From positions 1,006,524 through 1,070,523 of the forward strand of contig MU053873.1 in NCBI GenBank assembly GCA_013239625.1: a stretch of DNA of 64,000 nucleotides. Direction: 5' to 3'. Positions within the stretch are counted from its first letter, which is position 1, and each line of letters begins with the position of its first letter. The stretch comes from Lama guanicoe (Eukaryota). The notes under the pieces are model-generated. The model did no database searches and was not told the origin of the DNA. It saw nothing but the letters and a program-made list of their open reading frames with translations. Positions 24,690 through 35,490 of this stretch are shown here, one piece after another. The translations under genes and the position numbers were made by a program.

Positions 24690-25577
24690 AATGTTAGTTT
24701 TCCAAAAATAACTGAAAGATATATTTTAAGCAATCGTTTACTAGAACATTCCTATACCAAGAGATCTTAAATCCAGTATTTGAGGAAAGTGTTTTTTAAA
24801 CACTGATTTGTGAAAACAAGGTTGACCATAATGACTGTGCCAGCAGACAGGTGTATGTTAGCCTTAGAAAGGAGAAGAGGGTTGAAAAGAAGTTTGAATT
24901 AAAATAAGTTCAAATGTATCGATTGAGTCCACTATAAAAAAAATCCTAAAGTGAGTACTTCTGAAATAATACACAAGCCCCCCAGTTCCCTTCCCGCCAT
25001 ATATTGAGTTTGCTTCTATAGGGATTAAGGTATTTGCATAACTCAAACTTATAGAGAGCTGACTGAAAAGCCAGAGCTTTTCAGAGCACCCAGTCCCTGA
25101 TAGTCTGCTGAAATGTTAGTTTTCCAAAAATAACTGAAAGATATATTTAACCGGCACCTATTAGTAAGAACATAAGTATTTTGTGTATTATTTTAAGCAG
25201 TCGTTTACTAGAACATTCCTATACCAAGAGATCTTAAATCCAGTATTTGAGGAAAGTGTTTTTTAAACACTGATTTGTGAAAACAAGGTTGACCATAATG
25301 ACTGTGCCAGCAGACAGGTGTATGTTAGCCTTAGAAAGGAGAAGAGGGTTGAAAAGAAGTTTGAATTAAAATAAGTTCAAATGTATCGATTGAGTCCACT
25401 ATAAAAAAAATCCTAAAGTGAGTACTTCTGAAATAATACACAAGCCCCCCAGTTCCCTTCCCGCCATATATTGAGTTTGCTTCTATAGGGATTAAGGTAT
25501 TTGCATAACTCAAACTTATAGAGAGCTGACTGAAAAGCCAGAGCTTTTCAGAGCACCCAGTCCCTGATAGTCTGCTG
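24690..25577. repeat. Near-identical tandem duplication (copy 1 24690-25110, copy 2 25112-25577)
   Basis: Direct comparison shows the copies identical except for a 45-bp segment present only in copy 2 and one substitution (caatcg vs cagtcg). The duplicate ORFs ending at 24864 and 25331 confirm the 467-bp offset. Confidence 0.95.
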
Positions 25578-25951
25578 GTCACACCATCACAGACAGAGCT
25601 CCGATCTCACAGCCGCATGAAGACATGCTACATTCAGATACTGTGACGGCCGGGGACCAACCAAGACTGAGAAGGACTGGGTTCCCCAAGCCCCACAGCC
25701 CTGCTTCAGGTTTAGCCCCGAGAGAAAGTGCGCCCAGGATCAGGGTCTGACAGTCGAGAGGAGGTGAGGTTGGGGGGTCACGTTAACAGCTAACAGATGA
25801 AGTTACAGATTAACTCGTCACTGGCATTAGTTGGTTAATGTACAATTTTGTAGGTAATTTCAATAGTCTTGGGCCAAGTTCAGAGTGAAAAAAGCAGTGT
25901 TCCCTTTTCTCATATAAAACTTAAAAAGGAAGAAAAAGGAAGAAATTGGTG

Positions 25952-26262
25952 ATATAATCAACATGGATGAATCTCAAAGTAATTATGCTGAGTGAAAGAA
26001 GCCAGATTAAAGAGTACCTATTGTATGATTTCATTCATATAAAATTCTATAAAATAAACTAACCTCTAGAGGAGAAAGCAGATAACAGTTGTCTGGGGAC
26101 TGGCAAGGGACAGAGAGAGAAGGGGGAGAGAAGGGCTTCAAAAGGGCACGAGGGAGCTTTCTGGAGTGATGTGTTTGTGTGTGTGTGTGTAGGTCAAAAC
26201 TTATCAAACTACTCTCCAAACATGTGCTGTTTATTATATGTCTATTATACTTCAATAAAAAA
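25952..26262 (+). mobile_element. L1M (MD/ME-type) 3' UTR
   Basis: aacatggatgaatctcaaa..attatgctgagtgaaagaagccaga...gtcaaaacttatcaaact...ttatacttcaataaa. Confidence 0.8.
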
Positions 26263-26699
26263 CTAAAAAATTAGGGGTGGGGGGAGAATCCACAAATATT
26301 TTTCTCCCATTCTTGCTCTGATTGCTTAAAAGCAAAATTTGTATGACAGAAATAACTTTTATCATGTGAATGCTGTTAAGTTTAGTTAATATAGGAAAAA
26401 TCTAAAGCTGGTTTAAAAAATTATCCAGACTGAGCAAGATAATACCTCCTTCTGGTATCTAAAACTGTCTCAGTATTCTAAAACAGATCCATTCTCCATG
26501 CACCTGGATGAGTGGGAAAGCCAGGCCAGCAGTATGGAGCCCGTGGGAAGCAGGCAGATTCCTGGGTCAGTGCGCACGAGAGAATGTGACATCAGCAAAA
26601 GGGTGATCAGGACCAAAAGAGAGCGGGGGTGGGATGTGTGCGTGTCTCTGTGCACTTGCTCCTCTGCCCACAGTCCAGGAGTCCAGTGGCCTGAGGGAG

Positions 26700-26900
26700 T
26701 TTTAAAGGTTCCTGCTTCTATTACTTACTAAATAGATGCCTGAGGGCACGTCACTTCCCTCTGATCCTCAGGTTGTTCATCTGTAGAAGTGGCCCAGTGA
26801 GAGGACTCTGTAAGGTTTTTCAGGGGACCGAACAGTTCATAGGTGGAAAGTGCTTGGTGTAGATTGGCCACACTGACAGCACCAATTAATGATAGCTATG
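26700..26900 (+). mobile_element. MIR SINE
   Basis: gtcacttccctctgatcctcaggttgttcatctgtagaa...aaagtgcttgg; MIR core-like. Confidence 0.55.
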
Positions 26901-27258
26901 ATGTAGTCTTAAAGGAGTCATGGCATTAAGAGGTGTTGATTGCTACAAATCAGCCAATGATGCTTTGAGACAAGGAACTCAGGTTCAAGTTTTGAACTGG
27001 GCATATCACTGTCTTTAGCAATGGCTTTCATTTGCTGTCATGAATACAAATAGCCTTGCTTCTCCCTGCACCACCTTTAGCTTTCATTTGGAGCAGAACT
27101 GAAACAATATCCTCCACAATTAGATGAGTCTTTGAAATTACAATTGCTCCACTGTGATCGTCAATCCTTCCTGGCTCAATTGAAAGTTACACGACTGACC
27201 CAGAGAATGAGATCGCTCCTCTTGCCAGGTGTTACAAGAAATTCACACCTGTCAGGGT

Positions 27259-27664
27259 AGAGGGATGAAAAATGGCCACAATACGTCTGGCTCCTCCCAT
27301 CAACAGGCGGATTTTATTTCTATGGCCCTCAGACTTGAGCTTGGTCTTGTTACTTGCTTCAGTCAATGGTTTATTAGCAAATATGATGCATGAGAAGCTT
27401 GATAATTGCCTGTGCATTGGGCCTGCCCTCTTTGCCGCTGGGAACCTGAGACTATCAATGTGAAGAAGCCGGGGCTAGCCTTCTGGAGGATGTCAAGAGG
27501 GTAACACCATTCCAAGTGAGGCCCCAAAGAACCACTAGCAGACCACAGGGATCAGCCAAGCTGGTGCAGACCAAAACTACTTAGCTGACCCACAGAATCA
27601 TAAACAAGTGAAAACAACTGCTGTTTCAGGATCATCTGTTACACAGCAAAAACTAATGGATACA
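27259..27664 (+). mobile_element. MaLR solo LTR (MLT1G/H-like)
   Basis: aaaatggccacaa...ctcctcccatcaa...ttacttgcttcagtcaat...atgtgaagaagcc...gctgacccacagaatcat...tgttacacagcaaaaactaatggataca terminus. Confidence 0.7.
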
Positions 27665-27899
27665 CCTGTGTGAACTGACTGCACGACAAGGTGGTGCTAC
27701 CTCCCCTGCGTTGTCCTCTGCGCTGGTCCACAACCCTGTCAATGCTGCTTTGTGCTCATGAGCCTGTCTCTCTTCTCTCTCATACGTTCAAGTTCCCTTT
27801 GATGACTCTTATGTGGTCCCATTCATTGCTTCCCTGCCTCTGGAAATTTCCAGCACCAATCTCCTGTTTACATACCTCTCTTGTCAACTACCCCCTGAT

Positions 27900-28260
27900 C
27901 TCTTTTACTGGCTTTCCCCTTTCCTCATCCCTTATTCCAAGTTTTCCTTAAAATTCTGTGCTGGCCCCTCTCCTCTTCCTGGTCTCTAATTTTTTCCCAG
28001 ACAAGCTCGTTCAGACTCTTGGTTTGAATACACACTCCCACCTAATGACTTCCCAACCTGCAGCCCCCACCCCTTTCTTGACTTCCAGGGGTCCTATTCA
28101 ACACAACCAAAATCAGCCACCAGGTTTCTCTCAAACCCATGTTACTTGACTCAGATTCATGGAACCACTGTCGTGTGAATCCGGAAACCCTCTCCCACTG
28201 TCTGCCCCCAAGGACTGTGTGCTCCTCCATATCGTCATCCCAATGCTGAAAAAATTAAGA
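27900..28260. mobile_element. L2 fragment (approximate)
   Basis: ctgtgctggcccctctcctcttc...ggtttgaatac...atgacttcccaa resembles the L2 ORF2 3' region. Confidence 0.4.
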
Positions 28261-28839
28261 CACACAAACACCTTTTTGCTTAGGCTATTCCTTTTACTTT
28301 AATGGCTCTCCTGGAACCTTCTCTTACCTCTCAAAGCCTTTCTTGTGTTCAAGGACCCACTTAAAAGCCTTTTTTTCTTTGTAGAGCCTTGACCAGTTAT
28401 TTCCAGAACCATCTCTTTACCACTTAGCCTCCACATGAGCCCCTCTTATGAACCATCAATTACACCCACCCTGACTGATGGAATGCGAGCCTCCTGTTTT
28501 CATGTCACACAGGCCCAGTGTGGTCGTATGTCCTGTCCCCAGCATGCCCAAGACACCCCTAATTTCCCCCGTCTTCCCTCCATAATGAATCATGGCAGCA
28601 TCCCTTTCTGTTCTCAAAAGGGTCCTGGCTTGGATGACAGATGATACAGTCACCCTGCCCTGGTCTTACAGTGCCTGACACAAGTCAGAGGCATAAAAGA
28701 AGTCGGCGATTCCAACCCATTTGGGATCCCTCTTCATACTTATTGTTTGACTGCCAGAAAATGTTGATCTGTGTTCACTAAACCTTCCACAGACAACCTT
28801 GATGGTATTTCCCCAGCAATTTAAAATCACACAAGAAGA

Positions 28840-29100
28840 GGGATCACAAACTCAACAGCCCACGGGGTCAGGTGTAAGGCTGACGGCAGTGGATGTGCTG
28901 CTGTGGTGAGGAAAGCTGTCAAGTAGGAGGGGATCATGGCTGACTGGAGGGTGCACGTTTGTCTTGTGGGGGAAGCAGCTTTCACACCGCGTGGGCTACC
29001 TTGATTAGTAGGAATGGACCACCGGCACTGTCAGACCTTGTAACTTTTCAAGAGAAGGTAGAAATGTGGATTTTTACATTAAAATCTTCCCATTGAAGTG
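28840..29100. mobile_element. hAT-Charlie (MER102/MER58-like) fragment
   Basis: ttttcaagagaaggtagaaatgtggatttttacattaaaatct, a recalled MER102-type signature. Confidence 0.45.
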
Positions 29101-32100
29101 CTGACACCTAATTTATATTTGTGCAGGCACATTCTGAGTGGCCATCTTTGGCCTTCAGCAAACCCACAGATTTCTCCCTGGAAAACATCCCACTTTAGGA
29201 ATGGAAATAAGCAAGTAGGCTCCAGAGCCAGGTTGAGCCTGTCCCTGCCACTCACCAGCTCTGCCCCAAAGACCATCTGTGGGGCAAAGCATGCTGTCTC
29301 CATTTACCTAGAATGTAGGGACCAGACCACTTTCCTTTCTAGTCAAGTGTAACGTTTCTTTCCCATTTCCAGTCTCTCAAATGACAGCGTGTTGCACAGG
29401 TGGCCCTGGTGCACCCCGAGGCACACTCCTGAGGATGCTGTGCGGAGCCTCACGTGGGAGGGCAGTCCCTCCAGCTGTCACCCTGCTCTGAGACACAACG
29501 GCTCCCCCCTCTGCTCACAGCTCACCCCAGCATGAGCCAGCTCTCCCTCAGCCGGGCAAGTTCTTTGAATCAGAATATGAAAACTCTTATTTGAAACCCC
29601 TTGGTTAATCAGTAATCACCCTTGAATACGAAGAGGTCACTAACATATTGAGGAACAAATGCCCTTCTGTTTCCATTGCCTCTAACAGGTAATTTGCAAA
29701 AATCCCTAAATTCAGGCTCTATCTCAAGTCTCATTAAATTAACCCTTGAATTTAAGTCCCTTAAACTAACCTCCACTGAAAAGTGGAAGGTCGGCCTCAC
29801 TCAGGCTTTTCCTACTATAATCATTCAGTGTTAGCAACACTTTACTGAGTAGAACAAACAAAGGAAGTGGGTTCTAGGACATCCTTTCATTTGCTAGAGC
29901 TCCCACCCCTTGCCCTGGCAAAGCCTTGTTTTCCCATTCACTTTTCTCTAAAGAGGAAGTTCTCAAACTCATTACAACCTGTCTCCACACTTTCATCTTC
30001 CTTAGGTGGTCAGACACCACGTCGCCCTCCCGAATGCACCCATCCTGGGCTGAGAGGACGCTCACTTGGTTTGGATTTTCATGTGAACACGAGGTCAATG
30101 CACTGGGTAGCTTTGGGTGAACTGTGACCACGACCTTGCTGGGACTGGGGACATCATCTAGTGATGAGCAGCTGACCTCTTGCAACATCATTTAATTCAG
30201 AGAAGATTCAACCCTCATCAGCCAAGTCAGTTTTCATTTTAATCAGTTCGGGGTTGTGTTTCCCACCACCCCCTCCTTTCCTTTCTTCCCTCCTTAAAGC
30301 CACTGGGAGAGGGAAAGAAGTCTGGAAGGAAGGACATTAACCCAAAGCAATACAACAAAACCCCATTTTGATTAAACTTTGGATTTCTTAGGCCACAACT
30401 AAGCATAAAAAAAAAAAAGACCCACAGGGTAAGTTTTAGGCAATTACTAGAATAAAAGTTCTGCAGATAGCACATCCTTTTACATCACACAGATTATATA
30501 ACTTTTAGAGGGTTTAAAGGCAGTTGTCACAAAATAGTCAAGTAGATAATATTTAACAAAGTATCTAAAATAAGCTGTTAACTTTCTGCAAGACCTGAGA
30601 GGTTTATGACTTGGCAGAGAGAACTTACATGGTAACCAAGTGCATCTGATGGTTAGAAAATGACAAATGACAAGAATCACAGGGATCAAGAGCACACAGC
30701 TCACGCGGCAGGGGTGCTGAAGAGCAAGTGATGGAGTGGGGAGGTGAGCGGAGGTAGGCGAGCTGGGATGTGCCGACGGCTGTGGGACCTTGACTCTGAG
30801 CTCTCAGCTCAGGGCAGTGGATGCGGAGAGACACCCCTACACCTTCCCATTCCTCTTTACTGGTCTCATGATGCACATCACTCAGCCTGGGGTGTGTGTG
30901 TGTTGCTGATCACCTCTGCACCCCTTCTACTGCCTGTGAGCCCCATGTGGGCAGGGGACTTGTCTATCTGGGTCACCACTGTGCCAGCAGTGTTTAGCAG
31001 AAGACCTGGGATGCAGGAGCTACTGAATGAACATGTGGGTGAAATCCAAAGATGCAGCTGGTTCTTCTACATGGAACTACAAGAGGGAGCCTTGTAGAGT
31101 CAAGCGCATTGCATCCTTTCTCCACAGCTGGGAACCTGGGGCATCTTTGCTTCTGGTCAGATGAGGGGGTTGCAGCAGAACGGTCTGCAAGCCCTTGCCC
31201 CCACCCCGGCTTCTGTGCAGCACCACTGCTGAACTGCCCTTGGCTCAGTGATCCCACAGACATGAGAAATCACATCACCCAAGCCTGCCTGACAGCTACC
31301 AGCGGAACCTGCTGAGGGCATGTGGGGCATTAACAAGTGACTTCAGATGACTGAGTGACATCAAAGATGCCACTACTATTAACTGCCTTTTTTTTTTAAT
31401 TAAAAAAGGCAATTAAAAAAGGAGGGGGGATGGAAAGCAAGAAAAACAACAGTGGTAATCACAGTGACATTTCTCAGCTCTTCCTGGGAGCAAGATTTTG
31501 GCTAGGATCCTCAGTGCTGTCTCAGACTCGGACATCTGTATGGCAATGCGGAAATAACCGGGTCAAGAGGAAAAATACAGGGGACAGATACTTAGGGAAC
31601 AATATTAAGACTTTTGACAATTTTGCAGTTTTCCCCCCCTCCCTTAGCAAGGAGATATTTTCACATTATTAACAATGCTGGGCTGTTCTGGGAAAGACCA
31701 CCACCGACAGACCATGCTGCCTGTGGCAGCTCGTGTTAGCGAACGGTGCCCACTCCCCACAGGCCCACCCCGCCAGCTCCTGACGTCATGGAGCATCGTT
31801 GCTGTAAATCTGGCGCTGGTCGACTCTCTGTGTCATCATGCTTAGCGCCTTTATGAATCTGTGATAGAAGTCGGTTCTTGACATCCAAGTCCCTTTCCAA
31901 GCCCACTGTCATTGCAAGTTTAGCAGGCAGTGATTTAAGCTGTTCGTTAGGTACAAGCTGACATGCAAACGATCGCATCCCCCGCCTTCCAGTCTGACGC
32001 AGCTTTGGATGAGCTGTGAGTGTGTAACTTGGCAAAGATGTCCTGTAACAACATGGGGAAAGGTGCTACCACATTCTGTCATTCACTTCCCCACGAGGGA

Positions 32101-34654
32101 CAGAAGAGATGTGGGCAGGATGGTTAAGGTTTTATTGGTCTTATCTTTTTAAAAGGTGATCAGTATGGCATCTGAAAACTTAGTGGTCTTTTTCTTTCTG
32201 GATCTGCTTGTTTCCCAGTGACTTGAAGCAGTTTCTAGCAGCCCCACTGAAAGTTAAACCTGGCATGAGGAGTTGGAGCAGGGACAGTTGCTAGCACTAG
32301 AGGGACACTCCTCATCGTCATCATTTTGCCAGGCGGCGAACAGCAAGTCGCAGCAGCCCAACCACAAGCACAGAGCTGAAAGCGAAACATCCTGGGATTC
32401 CCTGAAAGCTAACTTTAGCCAGTCTGAGCAAGCGAAGGACTTCTGGGAAATACATGCAGCGGATACATCCATCTGGCACGTGGTGACCAGGAACGGCTGG
32501 CAGTGCGGGGCGCCTCCCTGCGGGGGTGTGGACTGTGGGTCAGGAATCTGTCGGTCTGTCCCGTGACACATGCAGAAGTGGAAGAACTGCCGTCTGTAGG
32601 TCCAGCTTCTAATTCAAAGGACAGAACCAATGTGAAAAGCGGAGCTGAGGGGGCCTAGAGAGAGCATGTCCGGCGTTGACCTGGGGCCTGGACAGAGCCA
32701 CATGCGGCCCAGAGAATCGGCGTACACATCTTAAAGCAGGGTATCAACCAGCTCAGAGCCTTGAACATGAGACTCTATCCGGACAGAGCCCAGCCCAGGG
32801 CCCAGCATGGAACAGCAGTTCAGGAGAAGCATCTTTCCTGTACTGGACTCTAAAGTGTGTAATTTCCCCTTACAGACTTTTTAAGTCATTCAGACCCAAG
32901 CATCCTGTACTAGGCAGTGAACTTAAAGACAAAATAAGTTACCAGCCCTTGAAAGTGTATCAAATACTCAGGCACACAAAGCTCTCCCGCACCCTACCCA
33001 CCATCTACTGATGTGAAGGATGACGGACGCCTCGAAGAACAACTGGGAAAAGGCAGGTGGCTTGTGATCATTTAATTGTCCAGAATTGTCTAAAATGGGT
33101 TCTCTACTTTACCAACAGCTTGAGCCCAGAGAACACTGATCATTTGCCTTTCTAGGACCAAAAAGACAGAAAAATGAGTGATATTCTGTCATTGCCCCCG
33201 AGGGTACCTGGGTGAGTCAGCAAGGTACCCATGGCCAAACAAAACTGGTGTGTATGGGTTCTCTATGCATGTGATACTGCTGGATGTTTGTGAACTGAGA
33301 GGTGGTCAGTTTGAAAAGGAGCACGGCCCCTCTGCTTCACTGCTGAGATCAAACAGCAAAGACTCATATGGAAGGCTGAAGACATGAGGGTCCCGCCACC
33401 GGTTTCCAATTTGACCTTGGTCTTGGTGCCTCAGAGCTGCAGTCCTCCCTTACTGCTTTGCATTTTGTTCACGCTCTGTTCTCCTTTGGGACTTAAGAAA
33501 CTTCACTTGAAGTCTAAGCATGGATTTGAGCCGCTCATGGGGCGGAGGTGGGAAGCCTGAGATCCAACTTGGCCAACAACTCCAAACGACTGGCCGATCC
33601 AGGTGACCCAGCTCCCGGCCCAGACTGAGCTCTTTGTTTCGGGTTAGGCTAGTGGCAGGGTCCCCCGGCTGTGGTGGGCCCACATTGTCAGCTTGTTGCT
33701 TCTTTCCCAAAAGAGGATCTTGTTACAAAGAGGAGCTGGAAATTTCTTTGCACACAAGCAGAGACATGGCGGCCCTGCAAAGGCCCCAGGGTAAGGATTA
33801 AAGAAAAACAAAATAGAAACCCTTCCATCTCTAATTAGGGTCTTCATTTGCCAAAGTGCCATTCCCCAGCAGGAGAATTTACATTCAGGCCGTTGCTTGG
33901 AGTTACTTGGAAAACGTCTCGCAGCAGGTTGGTTCCTCAGTTCAGGCTCCTTTGAGCCAACAGTTTCTGGTTACTTGGAGGAGAGCTGCCTGCATATTGT
34001 TTTAACTGGCCTGGCTTCTGCAGCCAGCTTAGCTGTGGGAACAATCTCCCATTCAGAATCCAAAGATAAAAGCACAGTTTGGTTGAAAAATCTCTCTCTC
34101 TCTTTTTTTAAACTTGCGAATTATAGGTTTGGAACTAGCATTATTTCTCTCATGCACAAGAGTGTTTTTCCCCCTCCGCCTTGGTTCTCTGCCAGCAAAG
34201 GCTGCATCCTGGAGTCCGGCCAGCCGCCGGCCCCTACTTCCTCGCCATTCACACCATGGGGCTGGTGGCAGCTGGCCATGGAGGCGGACAGGAGGTCCCC
34301 ATTTGCAAGAGGTTGACCACAGAATAGTGTAGCCAGCTTGCTGGACCCCTGCGGCCAGCCTAGGAACAGCCCAGGAACCTTCTGTGCGGTTCCTTATCAA
34401 TCTTCGTATCCACAACGGCACATCTTCCAACAAATCGAGTTCCCAAGAGCCTGGCCTGGGAGGAAAAAATTCTCTTCCTTTCTGGAATTCTCAGAATAAT
34501 GGTAAATTCTCAACCAAGACTGAATAGTAAGATATGCTTGTATAACTTTCTATTTGTAAATGTTAGCTAAAGATAAATGAAGGAGCAGGTGCAAAAAAGG
34601 GAGAAGAGACACCAAAAGTATGGGTCATGAGAGAAAAAAAATAGGGAATCTGGA

Positions 34655-35490
34655 TTTCAACTCAATTAAATAATGGGCAAAGGCCCTGAATAGTCCTTCT
34701 CCAAAGCAGATACACAATTAGTCAATAAGCACGTGAAACGATGCTCAACATCACTATTCATTAGGAAAATGCAAATCAAAATCACAGCGAAAAACCACCC
34801 CAAATTCCTTAAGATGCCTATTATATAAAACAAAACAGAAAGAAAGAAGTGTTGATAGGATTCCCACTGCTGGTGGGAATCCAAAATGACACAACTGTTG
34901 TAGAAAATGGTATGGTGAGTCCTCAGGGAATTAAGCGTAGAATTACCATATGATCCAGCAACTCCATATCTGGGTAGATACGCAAAAGAAATGAAAGTAG
35001 GGTCTTGAAGAGACGTCTGTGTATCTGTGTTCATAGTAACATTATTCACAAAAGCCAAAAGATGGAAACAACCCAAATGTCCACCGAGGACGTTTGCCTG
35101 GCATGACAAATGTGGTGTATGAACAATGAGAGATTATTCAACCATAAAAAGGAAGGAGATTCTGACACACACTACAACACAGATGAACCCTGAAGACATT
35201 ATGCTAAGTAAAGAGCATATAAAAGGGCAAATGTTACATGAGTCCACTTACATGAGGTACCCGCAGTAGTCAGATTCACAGACACAAAAGTAGAATGGTG
35301 GCTGCAAGGGGCTGGAGAGAGGGATGAACGGGGAGTTAGAGTCTGATGGGTGTGGTTTCAGCTGGAGAAGATGAAAAAGTTCTGAAGGTGGATAGTGGTG
35401 ATGGTTGCACAAAATGTGAGTACACTTAACGCCACAGAACCGTACACTTGAAAATGCTTAAAATGTTAACTCTATGTTATACACATACAT
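34655..35490 (+). mobile_element. L1MB-type LINE, ORF2 3' end plus 3' UTR (decayed)
   Basis: aatgggcaaagg..ctgaatag...gatgctcaacatcact...aaatgcaaatcaaaa...gaattaccatatgatccagcaactcc...gatgaaaaagttctg...gatggttgcacaa. Confidence 0.9.

Noticed and set aside
24690..25577. Duplicated 60/83-aa ORFs as paralogous small genes, or the repeat as an LTR pair or CRISPR-like array
   Set aside because: Intronic, non-ATG starts, no TG...CA termini or internal region, and only two units.
34666..35109. ORFs in L1 regions (also 41336-42070)
   Set aside because: Decayed L1 ORF2/UTR or their antisense frames, with stops and frameshifts; no intact retroelement.
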